Source of the DNA: Planctomycetota bacterium
GTDB taxonomy: Bacteria; Planctomycetota; B15-G4
Assembly: GCA_965248575.1 (NCBI GenBank)
Contig: CBDFJQ010000002.1
Span: forward strand, 3,680,001-3,744,000
Reading direction: 5' to 3'
DNA length: 64,000 nucleotides
Shown here: piece by piece, positions 7,888 through 17,727 of the stretch
How the letters are laid out: each line of letters starts with the position of its first letter
Numbering within the stretch: position 1 is the first letter of the stretch
Translations under genes and position numbers: made by a program
The notes under the pieces: model-generated
The model's input: the letters and a program-made list of their open reading frames with translations, nothing else
What the model was told of the DNA's origin: nothing
Databases searched by the model: none

Positions 7888-9240
7888 TCAGCGTGTGCTC
7901 GTCACGACCTCCTCGATCTCCTCCGACGAATCGGCCAGCTCCATGAAGGCCTCCAGATCGTTGGCTGGCCCCCCGAGCAGCTCCAGGGCCTTGGCCATGC
8001 GTGCGCGTCGGATGCGGTCGAGCGCTTCTTCGTAGCCGCGCGTGCGCACGTCTTCGATCGTCAGGTTCAGCGGATGGTCCAGCACGATGCCCTCCTCCTG
8101 GAAGGGCTTGCGGCCCGGCTCGACCATGGGCCAGGAGCTGTAGTGCACCACGGAGCCGTCGGGGCCGGTCGAGGTGTCCACCGCGGCTTCCGCGCCCTGG
8201 GTGCGGCCGCCGACGACCTTGGCCCGCCCCGCGTCGCGCAGGATGCGCGGGGCCCACTCGCCGCCGCTCGCGCTGCGTTCGTCCACGAGGGCGACGATCT
8301 TGCCGCGGTAGCGCGGTGAGCCCGGGCGGATCACGCGCTTGCCGCCGCCGTTGCCCCAGGCGTAGCTCAGTCGGCGTTCCAGGAAGTGGCCCAAGAAGGG
8401 GTCCGAGGCCGCCACCACGCCGCCCCCGTTGCCCTGGAAGTCGAGGATCAGCGCGTCGGTGTCGGACAGCTCCCGGAGTGCGGCACGCAACATGGTCGTC
8501 ATCTTTCCGTCCGCGCCCATGGTGCCGCTTTTGGGGTTGAAGGTCTTGATGTGCATGTAGCCGATGGAGCCTACCCGGCCCGTCACCAGCCAGTGCTCGC
8601 CGTAGTGCTTCTTGGGCGGTGGGACGTTGGACTCCTGTGGGCGGTGCCACGCGTGGTCGGTCTCACTGCCATCGGGCCAGCGCAGGCGGACGTCGAAGGT
8701 GGTGCCCAGGGGGCCGGCCGCGAGGATCTCTGCACTGCCCACAGCGGTCTGGCCTTGCACCTCGACGATCTCGGGGTAGGCGTGAGGGTCGGCCACCAAG
8801 GCTGGCGGCACCTGCTGCGTCTCACTCTCGGGCCACTCCAACACGAAGGTGCGACGCTCGATCGTCTTCGTCTCCACGTCTGGGATGCCCCAGCGCCCCA
8901 TGAGGGTCTCGATGGCGGGGATGAAGGCGACGTGCGGATCCGGGAGTGCCGAGATGAGGCGCGCCAACTCCCAGGCGAACTCGTCTGGGTTGGCAGCGAC
9001 CACGGCGTGCGGCCGATGCTCGGCGCGCTCGGCCTCCCAGTCGACACCGTAGAGCTCGAAGTAGGGGTAGTTGTCGCGCAGGGCTTCCCAATGGACGTCA
9101 AAGGTCTGTGCATAGAGCTCGGCGGGCTCGTCTCGGGCAAGGCCCGAGGCGCCCAGCACGAAGGCCACACAAACGATCAGGAGGGCGCCGCCAAGCGTGC
9201 GGCGGAAGGGGAGCGAGGTTTCGACGATTCGAGCGCGCAT
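7888..9240 (-). CDS. S41 family peptidase, exported
   Basis: LRDNYPYF, DPHV, IGYMHIKTF, LILDFQGNGGG, DERSASGGE and VVGGRTQG motifs; N-terminal hydrophobic signal. Confidence 0.85.
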   Translation of the reverse strand: MRARIVETSLPFRRTLGGALLIVCVAFVLGASGLARDEPAELYAQTFDVHWEALRDNYPYFELYGVDWEAERAEHRPHAVVAANPDEFAWELARLISALPDPHVAFIPAIETLMGRWGIPDVETKTIERRTFVLEWPESETQQVPPALVADPHAYPEIVEVQGQTAVGSAEILAAGPLGTTFDVRLRWPDGSETDHAWHRPQESNVPPPKKHYGEHWLVTGRVGSIGYMHIKTFNPKSGTMGADGKMTTMLRAALRELSDTDALILDFQGNGGGVVAASDPFLGHFLERRLSYAWGNGGGKRVIRPGSPRYRGKIVALVDERSASGGEWAPRILRDAGRAKVVGGRTQGAEAAVDTSTGPDGSVVHYSSWPMVEPGRKPFQEEGIVLDHPLNLTIEDVRTRGYEEALDRIRRARMAKALELLGGPANDLEAFMELADSSEEIEEVVTSTR

Positions 9241-9459
9241 GGTCTTCACTCTAGGCGGTTTGGGGTGTGTTCGCTGGAGGGACCCTCTCCTAGGAGAGGG
9301 GGCCGCCGAAGGGGGTGGTGTGACGGCAAGCCGGATGCGAGGGCGTCTTCAGACTGTCACCACCCCTTGGGAGCAGTGGATTTGGCCGCAGGAACCGCAA
9401 CGGCTGTAAGATCGCTGCCAGGGAAATAGTCAGAGAGCGCTCTTGGAGGAGAACTCGTC

Positions 9460-10767
9460 ATGGGCTCAAGGCACGTCGTCGCACTCATGTTGGCCAGCGT
9501 GCTCGCACCACAAGCGCGCGCCGATGTCCTGGTCGTGGATCCCTTTGGGGGAGGTCCCTTCGTCTCCATTCCGGCCGCACTCGAGCTTGCCCAGAATGGT
9601 GACACGATCCTGTTCAAGACGGGACAGAGCGGGCCGTTTGTCATCGACGGCATTGGCATTGAGATCATCGCCGACGGCCCACTCGGAGGTTTCGTCAACG
9701 GGAACATCGTCGTGAAGAACATCTCGCCGGGTCAGTCTGTGCTGCTCAGCGGGTTGACGGCGATGGGGGATCCGAATGCCTCCTTGCCGGGCGGTGATGA
9801 AGCGGCCGGACCCGCCCTGTTCATCACCGCGGCTCAGGGCTCAGTCCGTGTGGTGGACTGCATCCTCACAGGCGCCGCATCGCTGGCAACGTTTGATCAG
9901 TCTGGCACGGTGATCGGCACTCCCGATGGTTTCGCAGGTGCCCAGGTCAGGACGAGCGCGGACGTGTCCTTCTTGAACTGCACCCTGACGGGAGGCTCCG
10001 GTGGATTGCTGTATGAGGTCCAAGCGGCCCCCTCTTCGACGGTTTTCACAGGTGGGGCGGGGCTCTTCGTGGAGAACTCCGAAGTGAGCGTCTACGACTC
10101 CAGCCTGACCGGCGGTTTCGGGGGCATCAATTTCATCGTGGGCCCAGACGGTGGTGCTGGGCTGGATGTCTTGAGCTCCACGGTGTTCGCCAGCGGCAAT
10201 GCCTTCGTCGGAGGCAACGGTGGCAACGCGGACGACTTGTTCGCACAGGGAATCGGGGGCGACGGTGGGCCTGGTGCCGCCAGCACTTTCAACAGCACCA
10301 CGCGCTTCCTGGAGTGCAGCTTCGCTGGGGGAGGCCCGGGTTTCTCCGCAGGCGGTACGCCTGCCCACGCTGGTCCTCCGCGAGACCTGGACGGGCAGAA
10401 CGTTGACCTCCCCGGCCTCGCGCATCGCTTGGTGGTGAGCCCCGTGGTCCGTGAATTCCAACCCTTGAGCTTCAGTGCGCAGGGGCATACGGGCGACCCC
10501 GTGTTCGTGTTCATCTCCCGGGATGACGGCAGCCAGTACTTCGGCGAGTTCACCGGACAGCTGCACGTCAGCATTCCGTGGCAGAACTTCTTCTTCCTAG
10601 GCACGGTCCCGCCCGGCGGCGAGTTGAATGGCAGCACGAATTTGCCGGCCATCAGCTCGGGTTTCGAGGGCCTGAGCTTCCGCCTTCAAGCGCTCTTCGG
10701 GCACAGCCCGAGTACCGGTGTCCTGAGCAACTGGGCGCCCTTGATGTTCGTGGACGACGCCTTCTAG
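9460..10767 (+). CDS. Secreted glycine-rich (beta-helix-like) protein with a C-terminal domain
   Basis: GGAGGA SD; signal peptide ARA|D; DVLVVDPFGGGPFVSIPAAL start typical of beta-helix proteins; repeats CILTGA/CTLTGGSGG/SSLTGGFGG/NAFVGGNGG/CSFAGGGPG; ends FRLQALF...LSN. Confidence 0.7.
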   Translation: MGSRHVVALMLASVLAPQARADVLVVDPFGGGPFVSIPAALELAQNGDTILFKTGQSGPFVIDGIGIEIIADGPLGGFVNGNIVVKNISPGQSVLLSGLTAMGDPNASLPGGDEAAGPALFITAAQGSVRVVDCILTGAASLATFDQSGTVIGTPDGFAGAQVRTSADVSFLNCTLTGGSGGLLYEVQAAPSSTVFTGGAGLFVENSEVSVYDSSLTGGFGGINFIVGPDGGAGLDVLSSTVFASGNAFVGGNGGNADDLFAQGIGGDGGPGAASTFNSTTRFLECSFAGGGPGFSAGGTPAHAGPPRDLDGQNVDLPGLAHRLVVSPVVREFQPLSFSAQGHTGDPVFVFISRDDGSQYFGEFTGQLHVSIPWQNFFFLGTVPPGGELNGSTNLPAISSGFEGLSFRLQALFGHSPSTGVLSNWAPLMFVDDAF

Positions 10768-10891
10768 TCATCGCGCTGCGCGCCCGTTCCATACGAGAAC
10801 AGGCCCACCGGAGCGTCCTCGCCCGCCACTCGGAGAGAGTGGCCAGAGCGGACCGTCCGGCAGGCCTGCCGACTGCTGCGCCTACTTGGCG

Positions 10892-11992
10892 TCAGTCAGG
10901 AACCTTCTTGTGGATCTTCTTGACCATCTTGCGCGCCCAGGTCACCGCGTTCTGAGGCTTTCCTTTGGCCGTGAACTTGTCGGTGATGTTCGTGTGGCAG
11001 CTGAGGCAAACGAACTCGGCTGTCAGCGTCCCCAGGGCATTCTTGCCATCGGGGCTGAACATCTCGGCGTTCTTGTCCGTGCTGATGGAGAACTGGTGGC
11101 TGCGCACGTCGCCTTTGTAGTTGTTGAAGGCCACCGCGGACTTCGCAGCGTAGGGCATGTGGCAGTCATGGCATTCGAGACCGAACTCAATGTGCTTCTT
11201 GCCCAGTTTCTTGAAGGCCTTCTTCACATCGGCGTAGCCCTCATGACAGTCGATGCACGTGGTATGGATCGAGAACTCCGACTTGGCGTGGGGGTTGTGA
11301 CATTCCACGCAATCCAACTGCGCGTGTCCCGAGGCGAGTATCTCGTTGTACTGCTCGTGGTGCTTGACGAAGCCACCCGAGGCGGGAATCTCGGTCATTG
11401 GATCACCGCGCACGTGACACTGGCCGCACGCTTCGCTGCTCGTGTCGACCGTGATGTTCTGCTTGGTGGGGAAGTCGATGTGGTCACTGGCCGGTCCGTG
11501 GCAGGCCTCGCACTGCACGCCTTCGAAGGCCCACGTGCCCTCGATGCCCACCAGGCCATCCTGATTGCCTAGGGGATCGAAACCCGTGGTGTGGCAGGCA
11601 CCGCAGTCATAAGGCTTCATCACTTCGCCGGCGTGGTAGTCCACCCAATCTCCGGTTGCCAGGTTGTACTGGTTGTTCCCAGCGTTTCCCGGCGGAGACT
11701 CGGTGATGATGTAGCCGTCGAGGTCCATGTAGCGGATCTTCCAGCCCCAACCACCGATCACATAGCTGATGTCGTCCCACTCATAACCCGAAGGGAGCGG
11801 CACGGGCCACGTCTCGACGTCCACCCGCTTGTGCAACTTGTAGGGGTGTCCTGAGACCCTGAACAGGTTCCAGTTGTCTTCGTGACATTGTTTGCAACTC
11901 TCGGAACCGACGTAGGTTTGCTGAGCCATAACGAGGTTCGGAATCGCGATGACGCACAGCAGCAGTGCTGCGCTTCGCATAAGGTTCTTCAT
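10892..11992 (-). CDS. Periplasmic octaheme c-type cytochrome
   Basis: Signal peptide; eight CxxCH motifs (CKQCH, CGACH, CEACH, CGQCH, CVECH, CIDCH, CHDCH, CLSCH); AGGAGG SD. Confidence 0.92.
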   Translation of the reverse strand: MKNLMRSAALLLCVIAIPNLVMAQQTYVGSESCKQCHEDNWNLFRVSGHPYKLHKRVDVETWPVPLPSGYEWDDISYVIGGWGWKIRYMDLDGYIITESPPGNAGNNQYNLATGDWVDYHAGEVMKPYDCGACHTTGFDPLGNQDGLVGIEGTWAFEGVQCEACHGPASDHIDFPTKQNITVDTSSEACGQCHVRGDPMTEIPASGGFVKHHEQYNEILASGHAQLDCVECHNPHAKSEFSIHTTCIDCHEGYADVKKAFKKLGKKHIEFGLECHDCHMPYAAKSAVAFNNYKGDVRSHQFSISTDKNAEMFSPDGKNALGTLTAEFVCLSCHTNITDKFTAKGKPQNAVTWARKMVKKIHKKVPD

Positions 11993-12290
11993 GACGTCCT
12001 CCTAGCTCATTCTCGTCGCCATGAAGAACTCGGTCGGGGCGCGGCCCAGATTTACCAAGCGCGTCTCGAAGGGACTCCTCGGCTGTAGGCGCGAGCTGGT
12101 CTTGCCCAGCCCAGCGTGCTCTCTCAGCGCCAGGTTTCGTGAGCCCGGCGTCCGGTCGAACACCTCTGGACCGGAACTGCTACGCACTATCGAGAATTCG
12201 CGTCTACGGGGCTCTGGGTAGCTGTGCGTAGACCCAGCCCGAGCAGTGGGCAGGTGTCGTGGGCGAGCTCCGGAGCCTCTCCAGCGCGCC

Positions 12291-14909
12291 TCAGGGCTGG
12301 CCCCTCCAGTTCGTGATCACATTGATCCGACTCCCGTCGGGCGGGTTCGGTTGCTTGATCACGTAGAGCTTTTGCCCGTCCGAGGTGACGTCGTAGGAGC
12401 GGCCGAGCGTGTCGACGAAGTCCGTCTGATAGGCGAGGCGCGGCGCGCTCCATGTGAGCTCGGGTTCCGTCTGGATCTCCACGCTCATCCAGCTGTCGCC
12501 CCTGCGGTAGAAGAGCTCACCACAGGGAGACCACACGGCCTCGATCCCGCCGCCCTCGGAGATCTGATGCTTCACCAAACCATCTGGATAGGAGCGCACC
12601 GCAATCTCGTACAGGCCGGTCTCTTCCGAGGAGTAGGCGATCCACTTGCCGTCCGGCGAGAAGACCGGACCCCAGGCGTTGTGGCCGAGGTCCTCGATCC
12701 ACTCGACCTCACCTGCTCCAGACGTGTCGAGGAACCCGAGCTGCGAAACAACCTCGAGACCGTAGACCGCGAGCAGCTCGTCGTTCGGAGACCACGCCCC
12801 CGGGATGCCCCTGAGATCCACCGCGAGGGAGCGGCCACCGGTGGATCCGTCCATCGACTCGATGCGGATCGACTGTCTGTTGTTGACGGTGTAGGCGACG
12901 GCGTCGCCCTTGGAGTTCCAGACCGGCCAGCCTGCCTGCTTGCCCGGCAGCCGACGCCCGCGTTCGACCGGGATGTCGTACGACCAGACATAGTCCTCGA
13001 AGTCCCCGACGTGGACTGCCACGTGCGTGTCGGTCGGGTCCAGGTCGAGCACGCCGTAGGTGAGCTCCGGCACCGGCAGGAACCCCTCGTTCCCTTCGCG
13101 ATCGATCCAGGCGATACCACCGCGGGACAGCTCCGGTCCTTCCACGAATGCCATCGTTCCGGACGGGGAGAAGGCGAACTGCGCCTGACCGATCGTGGCG
13201 TCCATGACCACTTCGCGCAGCACAGTCGAGGCCTCTCCGTGGACCTCGCCGCGCTCGTCATCGAACGGAATCGCGTGCAGGCTGCCAGCGCGGGCGAAGA
13301 CGAGCTCGCCGGAAGACACGTAGCGCGCGTCCTGCGCATTCTCGAGGATCACCCGGGTCTCGAACGTCTCGAGGTCCATCCGAAGGACGTCGGCGAAGTC
13401 CATGTTGATCTGTCCGGCGAAGTCGAGCGTTAGAGCCGACTTCCCGTCCGGGAGCACCTCCAGGAAGATCACGGAGCTTGAGGAAACCAGGGTCTCCACG
13501 TCTCCTCCCCCAGCGGGCACGCGCTGGAGGGTGTTGCCCTGGTTCGTGCTCATGTAGATCGTGTCATCAGCGGTCCACTGCCCCCGCAGGGCAGAGGATG
13601 CCTTGCAGATCGTCAGCAATCCGTCGCCGACCGGGGAGACGCGCTTCAGCCTGTCGTCCGTCAGGAAGCCGATCGCGTCACCGCCCGGCGAGAAGAACGC
13701 GTGCAGGGCACCCTCCGTGCCGGGGATCGCCACGGGCGGGTCAAAGCCCGCGAGCTCTTGGCGATACAGGCATGTCTTGCCCTCGGCGGAGTGACCGACG
13801 TAGACCAGGAGGGTGCCGTCGGGCGAGAGAGCGAGCAGGTTGTTGTCGATGCCGAGCTGAGCGGCGCCGAAGGCCAGTTCGGCGTCCGGAGGCAAGAGCA
13901 CTCGTGCGTGCACGGACGGCGCAGGGATCGCCGTCTCGGGATCCGCGCCACCGAGTTTCGACACCAAGATCGCAAGCAGGCCGGCGGCGACGATCCACCC
14001 GGCCAACGCGCTCAGCTTCGAGGAAGGTGGGCGCGGCGCGACGAGAGCCGTCTCCAGCAATTCTCCGGATAGCTCCAGCCGCGCGTCGCCCATGTCCCGC
14101 TGCCGCTGGCGCGGGTCCTTGTTCAGGCAGCGCCGAAGCGTACGCCGGACGCTCTGCGGCGTCTCTTGAGGCAGCAGATCCCAATCCGGCTCTCCCCCGA
14201 CGATCATGGCGAGCAAGTCCGTCATCGACTCGCCGCCGAAGGCGCGACAGCCCGTGAGACATTCGAAGAGCACGCACCCGAAGGCCCAGATGTCGGTGCG
14301 ACGATCGACGGGCTTGCCGCGCGCCTGCTCCGGGCTCATGTACGTCGGCGTGCCGAGTACGAGCCCTTCTTCCGTCATGAGGAAGCTGTCCGATTCGGCG
14401 GTGGCGGTGCCTTCCTTGGTCGCTCTGGGGTAGATCGGCTTGGCGAGCCCGAAGTCGAGGATCTTGACGACGCCGTCGGGGGTGATGCGCACGTTGGCCG
14501 GCTTGAGGTCGCGGTGCACCACGCCTGCTTCGTGCGCAGCCTCGAGCCCCTCGGCGATCTGCCGGCACACGTCGATCGCTTCGTCCACGGCCAGCGGTCC
14601 GCGCGAAAGCCTCGTCGCCAGGTCCTCCCCTGGCACGAGTTCGAGCGCGAGAAAGCAGACGTCTTCCTCTTGGTCGACGCCGTGGATACCGGCCACGTTC
14701 GAATGGTTGAGCGACGCGAGGGTCTTGGCTTCCCGTTCGAAGCGCCGCAGCCGTTCCTCGTCCTCCGCCATCTCTTCGGGCAACACCTTGATCGCAACTT
14801 CGCGTTCGAGTCGCGTGTCCTTGGCGAGGTAGACCTCACCCATCCCCCCAGCTCCGAGGGGGCCGAGGATTTCGTAGAAAGAGAGCGTCTGACCTGCAGT
14901 GAGGGGCAT
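12291..14909 (-). CDS. Ser/Thr protein kinase with TM segment and TolB/PD40-like beta-propeller sensor
   Basis: GAGGMGEVY, VAIK, HRDLKPAN, DFG, GTPTYMSPEQ; TM at ~aa 300; repeated (F/W/L)SPDG motifs. Confidence 0.93.
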   Translation of the reverse strand: MPLTAGQTLSFYEILGPLGAGGMGEVYLAKDTRLEREVAIKVLPEEMAEDEERLRRFEREAKTLASLNHSNVAGIHGVDQEEDVCFLALELVPGEDLATRLSRGPLAVDEAIDVCRQIAEGLEAAHEAGVVHRDLKPANVRITPDGVVKILDFGLAKPIYPRATKEGTATAESDSFLMTEEGLVLGTPTYMSPEQARGKPVDRRTDIWAFGCVLFECLTGCRAFGGESMTDLLAMIVGGEPDWDLLPQETPQSVRRTLRRCLNKDPRQRQRDMGDARLELSGELLETALVAPRPPSSKLSALAGWIVAAGLLAILVSKLGGADPETAIPAPSVHARVLLPPDAELAFGAAQLGIDNNLLALSPDGTLLVYVGHSAEGKTCLYRQELAGFDPPVAIPGTEGALHAFFSPGGDAIGFLTDDRLKRVSPVGDGLLTICKASSALRGQWTADDTIYMSTNQGNTLQRVPAGGGDVETLVSSSSVIFLEVLPDGKSALTLDFAGQINMDFADVLRMDLETFETRVILENAQDARYVSSGELVFARAGSLHAIPFDDERGEVHGEASTVLREVVMDATIGQAQFAFSPSGTMAFVEGPELSRGGIAWIDREGNEGFLPVPELTYGVLDLDPTDTHVAVHVGDFEDYVWSYDIPVERGRRLPGKQAGWPVWNSKGDAVAYTVNNRQSIRIESMDGSTGGRSLAVDLRGIPGAWSPNDELLAVYGLEVVSQLGFLDTSGAGEVEWIEDLGHNAWGPVFSPDGKWIAYSSEETGLYEIAVRSYPDGLVKHQISEGGGIEAVWSPCGELFYRRGDSWMSVEIQTEPELTWSAPRLAYQTDFVDTLGRSYDVTSDGQKLYVIKQPNPPDGSRINVITNWRGQP

Positions 14910-14972
14910 GTTGTCGGTGAGTCTATCCAGTACGTGGGCCTACCGCGTTGACGGTTACCGAACCCGTTACCG

Positions 14973-17639
14973 TCAGCGCAGCCAGTCGAACATCACTCGA
15001 ATCTGCCTCTGTTCGGCATCCACGTTGGTGAGGGTCGTCAGGAATCGCAGCCCATCGGGGGACAGGGATATTTCGAACTGCTCTCTCTCCTCCAAGAAGA
15101 GGGGCACCGGAGCGGACGCCTTCATCTCCTCGCCCATGGTCACTTCGACTTCGAAAATGTGCCCCTCCTCGTTCGAATAGAACAGGGACGCGCCGTCCGG
15201 CGCCCAGATCGGGAACGAGCCGCCGGCCCTCGAGATGCGGGTTGTTGCACCAGGGCCCGCAAAGGGTCGGACGTAGACCTCCGAGTTCCCGGAAGCCTCG
15301 GACAGGTAAGCCACCCAACGCCCGTCCGGAGAGAACACGCCCATGGACTCCGCACGGTGGGTCTGCAGCCAGGGTTCAGCCTGCCGCTCTCCGTCCATTT
15401 GAAGCACCCAGATGTCCACGTCGCCGTCAGCTGCGCTGCGGGTGAAGAGCAGGCGGGAGCCGTCGGGCGACCACGAGTTCGGTGTGTCGTCAGCGCTGCT
15501 CGCCAAGAGCTCTTCACCAGGTGTGCTCCCATCGGATGCCACCTGATAGAGGTTCCACGAGCCACTGCTGTCGTTCGTGTAGGCGATGCGCGTTCCGTCG
15601 GGGGACCAGACGGGGACCTGGTCATTGCCTGCTGTAAAGGTCAACCGTACGGAAGTGTTGTCTTCCAGATCGTAGAGCCAGATGGAGTCGTTGGCTCCCA
15701 TGACCGTTGCGGCGATCCGATCTCCGGCCGGAGAAACGTCGCCGGTATAGACATTGGCCTGCTCCAGATCGAGAGGCTCCACTGCGCCAGGCGGAGTCAA
15801 CCACGCAAGGCGAAAGAGCCACGCGTCGGCGAATGCCGGGAGGTAGGCGAGGGTCCCCTCGTCGCTCACAGAGAACTGAGCACCGCCCGACCCCGCGTCG
15901 AAGGCGAGGTCATCCACGACCTTGAACGGGGTCCCCTCGATGGCGAGCACATCGGGGTCGAAGGCCACCGCGAAGAGGGTCGAGCCACGGGCATAGAGGA
16001 TGTGACCCGTGGGGGAATACCGAGCGTAGGATCCGCCCTCGAGCAGGATCTGGACCTGACCAGTCTCGAGCGAGGCGACCCCGATCAAGGCGTCGTCGAA
16101 GCTGGTCGTTTGCGCGGTCTTGATCGTGACCAGCAGGTGCTTCCCATCGGGAAGCAGGTCCGGCCAGCGCTGGCTGACCTCCTCTCTGCCCGGATCCAAG
16201 CTCGAGACCACGCGCAGCTCGCCCCCGTCCTCGGGAACCGCCTGCAGTCCGCCTCCCATTCCTGCGGGAAAGAAGAGCTCGCCCTCGCCCCAGGCGAGGC
16301 CGCGCATGCTGCCCCCCTCGCTTGAGGTCGTGCAGACCTGAATCGGTGCGCCACCACTCACGGCGACCTTCCAGATTCCAAAATCGACGAAGTACGCCAC
16401 CCAGCGACCATCCGGTGAGAACACGGGGAACCTGGCCCCCTCGGTGCCGGCGAGCTTCACCGAATCGAAGCTGTCGATTCGTCGGAGCGAGAGCTCGGAG
16501 CGGGCTCCACCCAGGTACAGGACCGAATCTCCGGTCGGCGAGATCTGCATGCAGGCCGAGTACTGCGAGGCGGAGAGCTTGATGGCATCATCCTCGGGCA
16601 GGCCGAGCGTCGTGCGCGTCAGCAACACCCCCGGCTCCGCTGAGCTCGCCCGAAGCCAGAGACCGAGCGCGACGAGGCCCATCACGAGGGCGACGAGCCA
16701 GCCCGCGCGACCGACCGCGCGCGCTCGGCTTCCCAGCACGGGCTCCCCCGTCACTGCATCGGCCAGCGCCCAAACCGAGGAGCCGCTCCCGCCGCCCGCC
16801 AGGAGCAGGCGCGCCTCGCCGATGTCCCGCAAGCGTCCGCGCGGGTCCTTCACGAAGCAGCGTTGCAGCAGCGTCCGCACATGGGCGGGTGTCGTGGCGG
16901 GCAATCGCGAGAGGTCCGGCCCCTCCGCCACGATGGCCGCCAAGACGTCGGAGAAGCTCTCGCCCGTGAAGGCGCGCTCTCCGACCAGGCACTCGAACAA
17001 GAGACAGCCGAAGGCCCAGATGTCGGTGCGCCGATCCACCGGCTTGCCGCGCGCCTGCTCGGGGCTCATGTACGTCGGCGTGCCGAGAATCAGGCCCTCC
17101 TCGGTGACGAGCACGCTGTCGGGCTCGGCGCTCGCGGAGCCCGACAGCAGGGTCGAGGGCCCCGTCGGCTTCGCGAGCCCGAAGTCGAGGATCTTGACGA
17201 CCCCCTCGGGCGTGATGCGGATGTTTGCCGGCTTGAGGTCGCGGTGGATGATACCGGCCTCGTGGGCGACCTCGAGTCCCTCCGCGATCTGGCGCGCGAT
17301 GTCGACCGCCTCGTCCACGGGAAGCTTGCCGCGGGCAACGCGCTCGGAGAGGTCCTCGCCGTCGACGAGTTCCATCGCGATGAAGCACACGCTCTCGATC
17401 TGGTCGATGCCATAGACCTGGGCGACGTTCGGATGGTTCAGCGAGGCGAGGCTCTTCGCCTCCTGCTCGAACCTGCGCAGCCGATCATCGTCGTCCGCGA
17501 AGTGCTCCGGCAGGACCTTGATCGCAACCTCACGCTCGAGGCGCGTGTCGCGCGCGAGGTAAACCTCGCCCATCCCCCCGGCTCCGAGGGGGCCGAGGAT
17601 ATCGTAGAAGGAGAGCGTCTGACCGGTGGTGAGGGGCAT
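14973..17639 (-). CDS. Ser/Thr protein kinase with TM segment and TolB/PD40-like beta-propeller sensor (tandem paralog)
   Basis: Same kinase motifs as 12291..14909; WSPDG/FSPDG repeats in the C-terminal half. Confidence 0.93.
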   Translation of the reverse strand: MPLTTGQTLSFYDILGPLGAGGMGEVYLARDTRLEREVAIKVLPEHFADDDDRLRRFEQEAKSLASLNHPNVAQVYGIDQIESVCFIAMELVDGEDLSERVARGKLPVDEAVDIARQIAEGLEVAHEAGIIHRDLKPANIRITPEGVVKILDFGLAKPTGPSTLLSGSASAEPDSVLVTEEGLILGTPTYMSPEQARGKPVDRRTDIWAFGCLLFECLVGERAFTGESFSDVLAAIVAEGPDLSRLPATTPAHVRTLLQRCFVKDPRGRLRDIGEARLLLAGGGSGSSVWALADAVTGEPVLGSRARAVGRAGWLVALVMGLVALGLWLRASSAEPGVLLTRTTLGLPEDDAIKLSASQYSACMQISPTGDSVLYLGGARSELSLRRIDSFDSVKLAGTEGARFPVFSPDGRWVAYFVDFGIWKVAVSGGAPIQVCTTSSEGGSMRGLAWGEGELFFPAGMGGGLQAVPEDGGELRVVSSLDPGREEVSQRWPDLLPDGKHLLVTIKTAQTTSFDDALIGVASLETGQVQILLEGGSYARYSPTGHILYARGSTLFAVAFDPDVLAIEGTPFKVVDDLAFDAGSGGAQFSVSDEGTLAYLPAFADAWLFRLAWLTPPGAVEPLDLEQANVYTGDVSPAGDRIAATVMGANDSIWLYDLEDNTSVRLTFTAGNDQVPVWSPDGTRIAYTNDSSGSWNLYQVASDGSTPGEELLASSADDTPNSWSPDGSRLLFTRSAADGDVDIWVLQMDGERQAEPWLQTHRAESMGVFSPDGRWVAYLSEASGNSEVYVRPFAGPGATTRISRAGGSFPIWAPDGASLFYSNEEGHIFEVEVTMGEEMKASAPVPLFLEEREQFEISLSPDGLRFLTTLTNVDAEQRQIRVMFDWLR

Positions 17640-17727
17640 GGGCCAGAGAGTCTAGCCGTAACCGTCGCGTGAGCGCGTGTTCGTTACCGGCAGTTCGCCT
17701 GGCGCGGCGCCCGAGCAGGCCTCGTCG

